This document shows positions 44,200 through 57,789 of a stretch of DNA of 64,000 nt, piece after piece (within the stretch, counting starts at the first letter, position 1; every line of letters begins with the position of its first letter). A program made the position numbers and the translations under genes. The stretch is taken from contig NC_134033.1 in the NCBI RefSeq assembly GCF_964204645.1, forward strand, positions 9,804,655 through 9,868,654. The letters run 5' to 3'. Source of the stretch: Tubulanus polymorphus (Eukaryota; Animalia; Nemertea). A model generated the notes under the pieces. That model did no database searches and was not told the origin of the DNA. It was given only the letters and a program-made list of their open reading frames with translations.

Positions 44200-45108
44200 G
44201 TAAGTCATTTGCCCAATGAGCTGAAAACAAAGTCAGTAATAACAGACATCCCAGTACCTATATTTCCTATTTTTAGGTCAGCCTTAAGCTGAGCCTATAA
44301 CTATACAAATGGAGTAAAATTAAATGACGTGGTTTCCAGATGAACGGCCTTTTGAATTTGCAACTGAGAATATATTCATTCAAATCATATATTCGAGCAT
44401 TATCCATTATCCAAATCCTAGGAGGCTGAATTTTGGAAAAGGGCCTCGTAAAGATTTGCAATTTGAGTTTTTTTGCTAAAATCTGAAAACAAATCGGTTG
44501 TGAAAAGGCAATCAGAGAGCAAAGCTCCCTGTGCTTGGCTTAGCCACAGAAATCAGCCGTTGTTCATGTGAACCTGCGGTGTGTCATCTGTTTTACTTCT
44601 CAAGTCTATCTTAAGATATAAAATTGTATTTCAAGATTGATGTCTGTGAAATCTTAAGTTGATATGTGTTTTGGAGGAATTCTTATTTGCTCTACAAAAA
44701 AATTCACCTTAGACGATTGAACAAGCGTCTGGAAAAATTTTTTCTCATATCGGATGGACGACCTTGATATGCTGATTAGCCATATGTTTGAAATTGCAAT
44801 TTCTATTCAAATTTTTATTTTGCAGATAGATATCAAATTCAATTTTATTTTATTGAACAAAATTAGATCATATCCAATTTTATTTTATACCGTAATCAAT
44901 TTAACTAAAGACGGGGGGAAAAGATTGATCTGAGGTATTGGTTCCTGCTGTATGTCCTACTTGATTGTATCCTGTGTAAATTATGTTGAACGGGGAGTGT
45001 ATTTTGATAAATATAACCCACAAGATGCATCATATTACAGGCTGGCCATGAGGAGAGAATCCCACAATGATAATAAAAAGTCCGAAAATGAAACTTTGAG
45101 ATAGTAGT

Positions 45109-45154
45109 TTATTCAACGTTTCGACTATATCCTAATAGTCATCTTCAGGAATAA
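45109..45154 (-). ncRNA. Minimal type I hammerhead ribozyme motif (minus-strand copy)
   Basis: Exact reverse complement of 46094-46139. Confidence 0.8.
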
Positions 45155-46093
45155 TGAGATACTACAGAAATTATGAGATATATATACAATCCAGAGACAA
45201 AGAGACTAATTCAAGTAATCAGAGATGATAAAAACTAAAGGAAAATTAACGTAGAAACAGTTACACGCTAAAATAGATTAAAGGGAAGCAAACTAAGGGG
45301 TGATTATAAACAACAATAGTGAGTATTAATATAAATGAAACTTAAAGTCAGTAGTAAAAAGAAAGACAAACTAAGGGGCACTTAAATTAAAACAAAGGTG
45401 AATACAAGTTAAGTCAGAGACGAAATTGATGAGAGAACAAATAACAAATAATCAAAGGGGAAATCAAGTGTTGAGTTTAACCAGTTTACAGAGGAATTTT
45501 GATATAAGTTTATTATGGGGTGAAAAACCATTATTAAGGTTTACAACGTTGTTCGAATTTTCAATAATTAATGCAGATTCCAAAATATGTCTTCTAGTTT
45601 TATCGCTGCAAGGGTAAACTAATTCAGCATTAGCAAAATCAAAATTGTGTGAAGTCTGAAAAACATGACTAGCAACTCCGCTTTCAGGTTTAAAGTTTTT
45701 TACATCTAATTTATGCTCTTTTATGCGTTGATTAAGATTCCGACCTGTTTCTCCTATATATACTTCTCCTATATATACACTTGATTTCCCCTTTGATTAT
45801 TTGTTATTTGTTCTCTCATCAATTTCGTCTCTGACTTAACTTGTATTCACCTTTGTTTTAATTTAAGTGCCCCTTAGTTTGTCTTTCTTTTTACTACTGA
45901 CTTTAAGTTTCATTTATATTTATACTCACTATTGTTGTTTATAATCACCCCTTAGTTTGCTTCCCTTTAATCTATTTTAGCGTGTAACTGTTTCTACGTT
46001 AATTTTCCTTTAGTTTGTATCATCTCTGATTACTTGAATTAGTCTCTTTGTCTCTGGATTGTATATATATCTCATAATTTCTGTAGTATCTCA

Positions 46094-46139
46094 TTATTCC
46101 TGAAGATGACTATTAGGATATAGTCGAAACGTTGAATAA
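46094..46139 (+). ncRNA. Minimal type I hammerhead ribozyme motif
   Basis: TTATTC-CTGAAGA-T-GACTAT(taggat)ATAGTC-GAAAC-GTT-GAATAA: 6-bp stem I, CUGANGA box, 6-bp stem II, GAAA box, and palindromic AACGTT in place of stem III. Confidence 0.82.
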
Positions 46140-46721
46140 ACTACTATCTCAAAGTTTCATTTTCGGACTTTTTATTATCATTGTGGGATTCTCTCCTCAT
46201 CGCGTCAACACGGATATTGTGTTTTACCTATCGTGAGGCTGGCCATAGTGTCGTTTAGGGCTCCTGTTCCTGTATTTCAATAGGAATCGTATACATATGC
46301 CAAAAATATCCTATTTTTGTCAAAGGTTGACAAATTTTGTGGAATGGGATTTTTGTAGAGATAATATTCGGTTTTGACCTACCACATCTGATAAAATTAT
46401 TATAGCAGGTGGTTGTTTTCCTATCAATTCTACTATCACATACTCTAGAATTCCTATAAATGTCCTATATTTTATTGTTAAATATCCTATTTTCCTAGAT
46501 TGTAATGAAAGCAAATGTAACGCATTTGTCAAAGAATGTTAAACGGCCACTGTGCGCCGTAGTTCCGAAAAACTGGAAAAACTATCGCAACCACCTCTCC
46601 TAATGACACAACATAACAAAAAATATATTTATATAATGGGCTTTTTATTACTACGATAAAGCTATGAAATAGGAAATGATATGAGTCGATAAAATATCCA
46701 ACTCCTAGCTAAAACATCATG

Positions 46722-47268
46722 CAGAGATGAGAATTCCCCACGGATCCGTGGTTTCCCGCGGATTTTGGGATTGAAAAATATCAGTTTTTCAAATAGTCCA
46801 AAAATGATGTAAAAGTAGAGGGGTTGGGGGTTGATGATGATCTCACTGAACTGGTCCGCATATTGTATCTACGACGATGTGTATGTATTTTATCGATCAG
46901 TTGCAGACAGATGCGCGCACGGCAACATTAGTAATGTACATAGGCCTACTGTTGCTACACGTGTGTGGCGAACGCCTTCAGATATTATATACACTATGAT
47001 GATTTTTAGTGAGCATTCTTAGGTTCATTTTAACTGCAATAATTCAGGGCTCGACCCTAGGATGTGCCACATTGGAAATAGACATTACCCTCCAAAATAT
47101 GATAGTCGTTCATGGGTTCAAGATCGCTCTTAAGTGCTCGGAAAACACTTTTAATTTCTACAATTTTCTTGGGGGAGGACCCCTTACCCCCCCCCCAAAA
47201 TAGCTGGTCCGCATATGTAACTCGAGAAAAAAGAACACAGATTTTATTGGTCGGCGTTCTCATCGCTG
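46722..47268. mobile_element. hAT-like MITE (6-bp TSD), same family as 1285-8123
   Basis: CAGAGATGAGAA...TTCTCATCGCTG with TSD atcatg on both sides. Confidence 0.85.
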
Positions 47269-50200
47269 ATCATGCCTGACTCAACCTAGATTTATATGGG
47301 ACAAAAATACCCAAACTCTAAAATGTCTTACGGACAAAGAATACTCAAACTTTTAGATGTCTAATGGACAAAAAGAACTCAAAGATTAGTTATTATTATT
47401 AATAAAAAAAGCGGCTGGACTGCGATCGCTTGGCTCTCTGTTGATGAAATTCCTTGCGGGCAAATAGTTTGGACGCAACCAATAGTAAAAACACTACGAA
47501 TAGTTTAACGGAACATATAGTTTTAACATGGCAAACAATTCAACGCGACGAAAAAAGTTTCAGCGCGGTGATGATCAATCTGATATGGTACTCAACAAAA
47601 TAGCTACTGCCACATGCATCTCCGCTATGATCTGCAACCACCGTCACCATACGGATCCAATGCAACAAATAGTCCAGCACTAATCGAGCTTTTTACAAAA
47701 TACGGAGTTTGCTGATGACTTCGATTTATAAAGTAACGCATATAGCAGTTAATATAATTATGCAAATAGTAGTGGAAGCGTCACTGTTTTCCATACTACA
47801 AAATTGGTATCTGTCTATATTACAACTAGTATATCAAGCATGAAATCCAGCTTTGGGGTGGCATAATCCGTCAGAAAAATATGATCTATGTAGACGTTAT
47901 AACGCTAACGAGTAAGGCCATGAGAATGAAAGTATTAGATTTGCGTCCGAGTTTTTTCAAAAATGGATGAGGTCAATTTTCATTTTTCATAATTCATTAT
48001 TTTTTTTATATTAACGGGTGAAACCAACAGAATAAAGTCTAGGCTTTTTTAAAATTATGCGTAGTGTAATTCTTTAAAACAAGATTAACAAATAACAGAG
48101 AATGAAAAGACAGATATTCATATTGTCATTCATTGTAACAATTTAACATCAGGTTTCATAGTTGTTGGTTTGAAGTTCCATGTTTCCTAGACTCGTTTCC
48201 TAACTGGAGGATCATCACAGTCCTCGCACTGTGGGTACCATTCTAGTTCATCTTCAACATTGCAGGTATTCTCCGCAATATATACATCATGGCTCATATC
48301 CACAGGAGAAGTAAAGCTTCTCATGTGATCCTCGTTGTCATGGTCTTTTACAAAGACATTCAGGCCATGTGGCATAGCCAAATCATCGAATAGGAAGCCA
48401 CATGTGTAGTCGATATCTTCGAGGATTTGTTGAAGCAATTGATTTTGACGATTCAAGAGTGTCTTCTTAGAGAATAGTAGACGCCACTTTCCACACTCTG
48501 TGCACTGAACCATGGTGTCAGTATTCTTGCAGTGCTGCACAGAGGGTGAATACTTTTCCTTTGGTCGCGTTTGCCTGCTCGGTTGATTCTAATATGAAAG
48601 AAAAAACAAACGAAGTATCGAATTTAAAAAATTATCATGAAATTTTAATGTTAGGTTAAGTTGAATGACAAACAATTAATGTTCTGATGATAACTTGAAT
48701 GCATACATCTTCTGTCAAGGTTTTATACACATCTTGAAATGGCCGGAAGTGTTCATTGGAAGCTGGTACAGGAAAAGGTAATGTCCCTACTTCTTTGCAC
48801 CGTTCGTCTCTGAGAGGCCTGAAAAGAATTAGATAAATGCCCTGTCTTTCCCAACAGAGAAATTATTAGAAGCATCTTAAACTATTCAAGTTGTGAAATT
48901 AGGGTGTAGGGCTTTATCACATACTAAGTTTAAAATAAGTGCAACACAATTACCACCAGTGTCTTGCTATTTATACATCAAAAATCAATAATCAGATATG
49001 AATGAAATTAGAAACTGTCAAAATAACGTGCAGTGAATAAATACCGGTATGTATATCTACTAACCCGCAAGTTTCACAGTCAGCATCTCCACATTTCCGA
49101 ACCTGAAAGCAGTAATGACCTTCAATGCAGCAGTGCTCAAGGAATGCTTTCAATTTCTCAAGATTTTTGGTTTCTTTCGCTGTGAGGTGTCCTCTCTGAA
49201 AGGTAGGAGATTATTACTACACTTGTAGTGTAGATGATGATTCAAGATTTAATGTACATAGGCCAATACATGCGTGAAGGCCGTTTTCAATGTAAAGGCA
49301 ATGCTGCCACAGTGACTCAAGTTCATCATCACTGGCAGGTTGAAATGTCTTGAATGCTTTGTCTTTCAGGCTGAGGCGTCTCATTTGGCTGTTGAGTGTG
49401 TCCATTGGCATTTCTAGAGACTCCGATAATCCTTGCTTAAGTTCGTCAGTGTTCAGTTTCTCTCTCATCTCCTTAAGGCTGTTGGCATTAACTACAAAGA
49501 ATTCAAATACTGGGTAGGCTACGTGTGAGAGTACATACGTGTATATGTAACATTACTAACTACAGATACAAATGAACCTAAATACACAAAGCTAACCAAT
49601 AGTTTTTTCAAATATTGCATCACCTTTTTGACGCATGAGTCCAATTCCCTGTAACCCTAAGTTAACGATGCTCATAATTCTTTCCACCGGGTTAGCCCAG
49701 GAATTATGTGGTGCAGTTCTGAGAGCAATCACTTAGTCAAAATCCATACTTCTGTACAATGCAATGATGGACAGTTTTACAGACATGTATGTTGATTGAT
49801 GGTCTGGTCCTCCATCAGTGTAGATAATTAGAATTGGAGGTATGTCTTAAAAAGTAAAATGTATGTATGTATCTGCTGGAAATCGCATTATAGGAAGGAC
49901 TGACACTAGGCATAATAAAACTCGGCTAATATGCAAATTGATATATATCATGGACCCAGTTTCATGAAGCATGAGATATTACCATTACTCTGAAAGTCTT
50001 TTACATGTATTATTCACTTTCATTTTATAAGTAATAAATCGGTTGTGTGGTGGTTGAATTGTTTATTCTTAACTAAATGCATTAGTAAAGTTGATAGAGA
50101 AATATTTGGCAAAGGTTTGATAATTTTATCTGATTATGTTTGATTTTAATAAAGCTTTGTGAAACTGGGGCCTGATTATTGGTCTGAGTCAGTCATTTAG

Positions 50201-50829
50201 CCTACAAATGTAGTAACAAAGTATTACCTTCAAGAGTAAGAAGTATTTTCTTTAATTCAGCTGCATGTCTCATTGGTGAAGAGGGCTGAAGAATGGAATC
50301 TTTTAGTCCGACTTTGACCTGACCTCTGTAAAAGCTTCCATCAATAGAGTTTGGGACATCTATCTGCATTAGAAATAATAGCTTTTACTAAAAAAATCAT
50401 AATAAATTCATGAATATAGGCCTACCTTATACAAAAAATCACTAAAAGTTGGCTTTTTAAAATGAAAATTTACTCACCAGAAAGTTAAAGGATGGGGTTG
50501 TGAAATCATGGTCCCCTACCGCCATGACTTGGTTTGACCCAACAATAACCTGCTTTCCTCTTTCTGCTGCTGCAATCGGTCAATATGGTTCACCTATCTT
50601 TACTTTATGTTTGTCATCCATGCTAACAAGAAGAGTTAGATCGCTGTGGAGTCTCTCATGTAGCGCCAAGCAGCTGCACAATAATGCGCATCAATGTGGT
50701 TCAAACGGACCTAAAAATGCAATTATAAGGATATCGAATATGAATGCAGCCCTTGTGCTTCAAACTTGCTTCGTTATAGTTATAAAGTCCATACTCATCT
50801 GTCTTTTCTGGACCATCATCTTGATCTTC

Positions 50830-51426
50830 CAGGGGTTAGATTTTGAGGCGCGCAATTGCGCACGTAAAATATCTTGTAGAAGCGCTACTCACAGCGCACC
50901 TAAGTCTTATTCAATAGCGCGTGCAAAATTGTACAAAGTTTATTGATTTCCCAAAACGTTGGTGCAAAGTAGAAAGTTTATTGATTTCCCAATAACTTGT
51001 AAAATAAGAAAGTAAGTATAAGTATCCTTGCTGTGTGGAGGTTCCAGCTAAAATCATCTTCTATTATGTTGCATCCTGTATCAGATCTGGTGAGGAACCA
51101 GCTAGGGGATAACTTACCTGCTCCATACTGAAAACTGGAAGATTTGCATGATCCACAATCTGCGATGTTTTTTTCAACTGATTTGCATAAAAACTTTCCA
51201 TCTTTTGGGTAATTTGATTAACGGCATTCATAGATGAAAATTGCCTGGAAATAGCGTTTCCAAGCCCCTAGAGTTCAAAATTTTTTCTTGGGGAGGGTCC
51301 CCAGACCCCCCCCCCACGAGGGGCTTCGTCACAATTCGTCACATTAACAAAATTCCAGTTAAACACCTAACCAAATCTAGGTGCTCAATTAGTTGAGCTC
51401 CTACAATTTTTAGAATCTAACCCCTG
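50830..51426. mobile_element. hAT-like MITE (5-bp TSD), same family as 15668-16222
   Basis: TIR CAGGGGTTAGAT...ATCTAACCCCTG and TSD tcttc. Removing it restores the transposase frame (KGSMKIKMMVQKRQ). Confidence 0.88.
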
Positions 51427-51914
51427 TCTTCATCGAGCCTTTGAAGTACTTTGCTGTATTAGCTCTGGGATTGACTGGTTTGAACTGATATCTCAACCAT
51501 TTGACAGATGGTATTTTGGTCTCATCTGACACTCGACTTATTGCCTTGGCAAGATACAACTGTTCCCCGTGCCTTCTTTCCGGCACTGCTACACCGATAT
51601 CTTCAGAGGTACTTCTCAGTCTCTGAAAAAAAATCTTGATACGAATCCCTTATTCTTTCAGGTGGTAGATGGCGCAGTTCAATGATAATACCAGAGTCTT
51701 CACTCTGCAAAGCATGAGCAAAACGTAATTCGATTTCATGTTCTGTCAAATTAGAAGCTGCAGACTGATCTTATTACTTCTACACAATTTCTGATTTTGT
51801 CTCCCTCTGTTTCGTTATCTCCTACTCTCCAAATAAAGTGAAGGCTTGGTTTGTTTCTGCCCAAATGGTGGGAATAATGGACACATCTGGCAGTCAAACC
51901 ACATGAAATGAGTT

Positions 51915-52197
51915 ATGATAATATGTGTCTTATATAGAGCTAAATCCAGCCAGGCTGCTCAGAGCGCTTTACATTTTTCAATATTATTACCCCGGCCAAT
52001 TTTATACTGGGGAGAAGTAACACCGAGCTGCTAACAAACGCTCAGGAGTCATCTATCAGGCCAGGTACCCATTTACTCCTGGGTGGAAAGAGGCAATGAG
52101 GATAAGTGTCTTGCCCGAGGACACTACGGCAATGTACGGCGTTCGAACCCACGACCTGGCTTCCCAGAGTCGAACGCTCTAACCGCTCGGTCACTCC
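51915..52197 (-). mobile_element. tRNA-derived CORE-like SINE with L2-type 3' tail
   Basis: A box TGACCGAGCGG, B box GGTTCGAACGCC, central GTGTCCTCGGGCAAGACACTT...CCACCCAGGAGTAAATGGGTACC, tail TGTAAAGCGCTCTGAG...TATATAAG, and TSD aactc. Removing it restores EELISCG. Confidence 0.85.
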
Positions 52198-54447
52198 GAG
52201 TTCTTCTATAAGATCATAGACCCTCCTTCTGTAGGTCAGTGGCAGATATTCTCTTACTGACATCGGTATATATGGATCAGCTCGAGAGAGCTCTTTGTCC
52301 AATTCTTTGAGTTGCTGATGTACTAAACTCTGATTTGGTTTTACGATTGTAACAATAGTCCTGGCTTCTAACTCACTCCTTGGAGTTGACTGAGACAACT
52401 TGGTTCTTTTCTGTTGGTTTTTAGCCCACTTGGGACTTTAGTCCCAGCGGGCTATTGCGTTCACTTTTCGTCCGTCGTAGCGTTTGTACGAATGAACCCT
52501 TGTGCAACTTTAATACCTTGTGCAACTTTATAAACAATGTAAATTTCTATAGATGATTTTATGTTATAAAGTGTTTGATTTTCACCAGAATGTTGATTTA
52601 GTATCTTCTAAAACATATTAATAAGACATAATGACCAAAAATTATCTTAAAATTCTTTTCCGCTGTCAAAATAATTGCATTACATTAATGATTCCACAGA
52701 AAGTTGCACAATCCCTTGGACAAAAATGCATGGACAGATCTCTATGGACTATGGACATTTTCAGGAAGTGCTGTCCTCTACAGGAGGATAAAGTTTTTGA
52801 TGAGAAAGTTGCAGAAAGTTTTTCACTGAAAGTTACATAGGGATTATTACCTAAAGTTGCAGAAGGTCTCATGGACATGATAAAGTTGCAGAGGGCCATT
52901 GACAGTTTACAGTGTGTAATGTCTGCACATAATGTTATGTAGTTATGCCAAAATCTACTCACTATAGATTTAATTTCCTTAATTGGATATTTCCTCTGAA
53001 CTTTTGACCAAATTGCATGACGTATTTGAATTTTGAATTTTTGAATTGTAAACAGCTTTCAGATATTGAGTCATATGCGGTATCATTGGGGATTTATGTC
53101 CATTAGGTTGACAATCCATTATTATTATTTTTTAGTTGTCAAGACATTGCATATAAATCTCATTCAGCCAAAAAGGTCTATTTAATCTACTCAGCGTAAT
53201 TCATAGGGAAAGAGCAAATTGATCTGAAGTGTTTGTTCCTGCCGACCACTGTCTGTGTTAATTGAAAAATACTGCACATATTGTATGTATCTTTGCAATT
53301 TGTATAATTTTAAGACGAGAAATGGAGCTTCAGGCTTGTTAGAATGAACAAATCTAATTAAAAAGTGGCAATATTTTGAGAAAAAATTATCTCCTATTTA
53401 CCAATTTTTCTTACGAATTACTCTTAGAAGATATTTTGCCTTCTTATTCTACCTCACAAAACACTAATCCAAACTGAGTGTTTTCATGAGTACTAGTACA
53501 AATAGTTTCAACAATTGCTACCAAGGGCAATTTTGAATGCCTATTGCCTGAAATATGATTCTCTCTCGAATGTATGACTGTTAGGCCGGTGCAATCACAA
53601 TGATGATGATTAGATAGATGTTTTTCTCACGTTTCGAGGTTTTAACTAAATCCTATTATCAATGAAATGAAAATTGTAATATAATCGTAATATGATTGTA
53701 ATATAATCCAAAAAACCCATGTCAATACGGCATTGAGCTGGCCGTATATTTTCTATAGGTTGAACGCAGATTTGGCGCGTAGCAAGATGGTACTTTGTAC
53801 GCTACACTCAACCAGGATGATTGGAGTAATTTATTCACGTATGTGGCCGATTTTTCAATAGTTATTAGCATAAGAAGCTACTAAAAAGAACGAAAATACT
53901 TATTAGCATTGTTAAACCCTATTTATCAACAATATGTGATGATGAATGTATTTCGCTGACATTAGATAGTTATCGCTGACATTAGATAGGTAGTTGTACA
54001 CCAAATGGTCAAACTGCTGTTCGCTAGGTAGGAGATTTGGTTCAGAATGGATTTTAAAATATATACAACACAATGATGATAGCTCGGAAGCACCATCTTT
54101 AAATCATTTTCAGTATCAGATTACTTTAAAGCTGTCTCACTAAGTGCAGAATCATGTGCAAACACCCCGAAAGTGTGGTATTCAAGCTAATTTGGTACCG
54201 GACAAGTATGTTACTTTGTAAGCCAAAAATCCCAAGTAAAAGCCACTTAAGAGACAATTTCTAAGATTAGACAAAATAGGTACATAGACAACGATTATTT
54301 AGCAGTATGTTTATTCCAGATAATGTATGGAGATAAGACTTTGTTATAGGCCTAGGGTAACCCGTATTAGAGTTGAAAGTTTTCAGATTTTTTGTGATAA
54401 TAGCTGATTCTATGTGTCAGTTTCTAAGGTCATTGCATGGATATAAT

Positions 54448-55151
54448 CAGGGGCAGATCTAGGATTTTTCAAGGGGGATGGCTGACAAGAAACGTAATGA
54501 AGAGACTGCAACTAGCTCGAATTTTGAAAAAGCCTCTGGGAAAATGGTGGAATTTGACAGTATTTGTGCGATGGTTTCTGTGAAAATTATGACAACCTGC
54601 TGAGCCATGGCGAGGATGAGGTGTTGATAATTTTGATGAGATTATTAGGGGAAGCAGGTCATTTCTCAAGTATTTGTCATGGTACTGTTTTGGGAAATTT
54701 TTGACACAGATTGGGAAAGAAGTCAAATAGTTATGATTGGGAAAATAATCGTTTATCGGATACATATACGGCCTAGCGGAATGGGTGGAGATACACTAAC
54801 TCATCTACAACGGAATGGTCCGGTAAAGTAAGTGCAGATCCGCACCTCTCGTAAATGGTTCAATCAACTGTATTAAATATCACTATTTCACAGTCAAAAT
54901 GTCATCAGCAATTCAGTACATAAGTGTATTTTATGATATCTTCACCTGGAGATCTCAAACTCGTATTGCTCGTAGCATAGTACGGCGTCATATAATAGGT
55001 ATATAATACAATAAAGTCGCAATGCTACTGTTATTTTTGATTCTGAGGCAGCTAATAACATTCTTATTTCATCTTCTTAGAGGCTATTGACACGACGAAG
55101 CCCCCGCAGAAAATTTTTATCTCCTATTCACCCCCCTTAGATCTACCCCTG
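54448..55151. mobile_element. hAT-like MITE (5-bp TSD)
   Basis: CAGGGGCAGATCTAGG / CTTAGATCTACCCCTG with TSD ataat. Confidence 0.7.
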
Positions 55152-57789
55152 ATAATTAATTACCTGTGATTGAAATTGAAAATTTGACCAGTTTCGAAGA
55201 TACTATGATAAAACTATGAACTTTCAGGTTTATCATTCATGGAACATCTGTGTTCTTTTATTCATATGATGAGTAATCAGCCAGTTTCTCTAATAAAAAC
55301 CTTTTCTTATTAACCACTGGGAATTTTATGTATACCGCATCTGATTAGGTCCTCAGGATTCTTTGTTTTAACATAAGATTACATAAGTGTAATATATCAG
55401 CAGGCCCTATTCTATTTGAGAGAGGAATTGTTTGATGTCCTTGAGTTCAGATTCTAAATATTAAGAGTGATTGATCGAGGAGAGATCTCTAAGGAGAGAT
55501 TTGAAGCTACTCCAATTTTAATGTTCTGTTTCAAAGTAACAAAGATATATGTCGGCATGAGATTTGAGTGGGCTTCTGGACTTATGTACCCCAATATACA
55601 GTCCTATATATGCGACCCAGGTTGTGTATGCCCCTGGTTCCATATTGCGTATTGTGGCTTTTTTTCTTATCTATCCCTCTCCATTTGTAATTTGTGGTTC
55701 GAACATCTATATATACTGACCGAAATTCTTTGGCTTTGCGATAATGATGTGAGATATTTTCTAGCGTAAAGTCAGTTTTAGCTACGAGCAATCATGATTG
55801 CTTGAGGTTTTAGGTATCTAGTCTAGAGGATGACATCCATTGATGTTATATACAGTTTGCCTAGCAGACTTTCTTTTCTCAAATACAACAGCTTTACTTT
55901 TACTGATATAAATCACCAATTTCAACCTTTTACAATAAGTAATAGCATATCAAGGTTGTTATTGTTCATAAAAGCTGTTGTAAATTGAAAATTGAATTGT
56001 GGTCATGGGAATTTGGCATTATCTACCTCAAGTAATCAAAACCATGTTAATAATTGTAATTTTGTAGTTTCCATTAAGAAAAATTTTTTATATTGAATAT
56101 ACGTACATTTATGTGGATTGTTTATCCATAATGATTTATGAAACATAAATCGATCTCACTTGAAATAGAAATGGCGACAAGAACGACTGTGTCCAATTAG
56201 ATATGTTTGCATGATCAGTCAGTAATCAGGTTTTATTATGACGCCAAAAAAATTACTCCTTGTTGAGCCTAAAAGTTGACCCACCCATCTACCCTGTACA
56301 TTACTTTTGAAAAAATCATGATCAAGCTAAGCACAACAGACCCAGCCCTGAAATGAACTGATTGCAAATTTTATTGCAGTTTTCAAAAGTGCTTACCTAC
56401 ATGTAAACATGGTTTAGCATGAATCGAATAATCGATTTCCTTGTCATCCAAAATGGATAAGACAAACTATTTGTCTAGATTACTGTATAAATCTAATACC
56501 TGTTGAGGCTTATATATGATGTTCTACATTTTTTGATGTGTATATGATTTAAAACTACATGCAAACTAATATAGACCTAATGTGAAGTAGAATTATTAGG
56601 TAAGAGATCAAACATTTGTTATGAGTAGTCAGTTGCAGCGCTTTGATAAGAGTTCACTCAACAATCACTCAATAAAATAATGAGACCACAAGTTATGATT
56701 TCAGTTAAAGTATCCTATAAAATGCTATAATTTTAACATTTTATTACTCTTTCTTATTGAAAAGATTTGACTACTGGATTTTCCTGGACACAACAATCTA
56801 TAGTAAATCTAGGTTATTTTCAAATCAAGTAAAGAGGACGAATATTCTGTGACCAGCACATTTGACAGATTTTAAGATCAATAAACATCATTCTACTTAT
56901 ATTGAAATGATATTGAATTTGAAAACTATATTTATCAGTTTGATGGTGATTAGGTGACCAGTTAACTTTAATTAAATTCATACCGCCGAGACTCAGAATT
57001 TAGAATGGACCTGGGATGTTTCTGTCCACGCACACACATTCAGTCCGTTCTAGATATTTGATCATTTAGTCTAAATTGGTTTGGTTTAAAATGAAACTGG
57101 CCCATTCGGAACAGATGTTTCACTTAGGTGAATGCTTGGTCTCTTCATGGACTAAAACATTTTAGAGTCCATGGTCTGTTCTAAATCAGTGAGGTCAAAT
57201 TTAGACCCTTCTAAAACTATTGTGAATGTGGCTTATAAAACCATCTGGAGAAATGTATGATCCTTTCTATATTGACCCTGTTAAACTTTCATACATCCAT
57301 AGACCTAATGAAACTTAATCAGTATGTTAACTTTTTATGGTTTTTCAACCAGGGATATTAACAGAATATCAATATTTTAATTATAGTTATTCTCTATGAA
57401 TACTCAATGAAGACATCTAGAATATACAATCTGGGTGGGGATTTATTGCTTTGTAACTTTTAGGACTGATTCATGTGAATACAGATCTTTAATGAAGCTT
57501 CAAGTTGCAAGAAATTCTGTTCACATTTGATAATCAGGTTTTGAACGGTTCTGCTTCAATTCAAAGTGAAGTTGTTTTGTTATTTGTCGAAACAAATTGA
57601 TGTTGAGACAAACTGTTCTGTGAACCTATGATCATGGTGATAAAATCTCATTGGGGGCAAATCTATATAATTACTGGGTCAAAGACAAACATTCCCACAA
57701 GACAGTATTAGTTATATAGTACCACACAACAGCATAGTGCACACACACATATACAGACACATTCTACTGCCAGAAAGTGGAATGAATCT

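Larger units (their letters stand above)
45048..46235 (-). mobile_element. 5'-truncated Penelope-like element with inverted pseudo-LTRs (palindrome)
   Basis: Arms 45048-45471 and 45777-46200 are near-perfect inverted repeats. The spacer encodes, on the minus strand, VYIGETGRNLNQRIKEH...HNFDF...ILESALI...NLNNG (GIY-YIG C-terminus). 11-bp TSD aggctggccat at 45039-45049 and 46236-46246. Confidence 0.93.
44270..46268 (+). mobile_element. HINE family C copy interrupted at its 3' subTIR by a Penelope insertion
   Basis: Family C start at 44270. Its terminal sequence resumes at 46236 after the duplicated aggctggccat. Confidence 0.75.
47916..52417 (-). mobile_element. Zator-like DNA transposon, one end visible
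   Basis: Contains the spliced transposase below. Candidate terminus TAA|GGCCATGAGAATG at 47913-47928 (TWA plus GG). The other end was not found. Confidence 0.6.
48187..52417 (-). pseudogene. Multi-exon Zator-type DDE transposase, decayed
   Basis: Minus-strand exons give LHFIW, ERRHG, IPSVKWLRYQF, SMDDKHKVKIGEP, GDHDFT, YTDGGPDH, RTAPHNSWANPVERIMS and a Cys-rich C-terminus (QCTECGKWR...YPQCEDC). It has in-frame stops, deletions and three TE insertions. Confidence 0.8.

Noticed and set aside
55300-56420. Next ABCC exon (start of TMD2)
   Set aside because: No acceptor here is followed by an open V-x-x-x-VY-x-x-Y-like frame.
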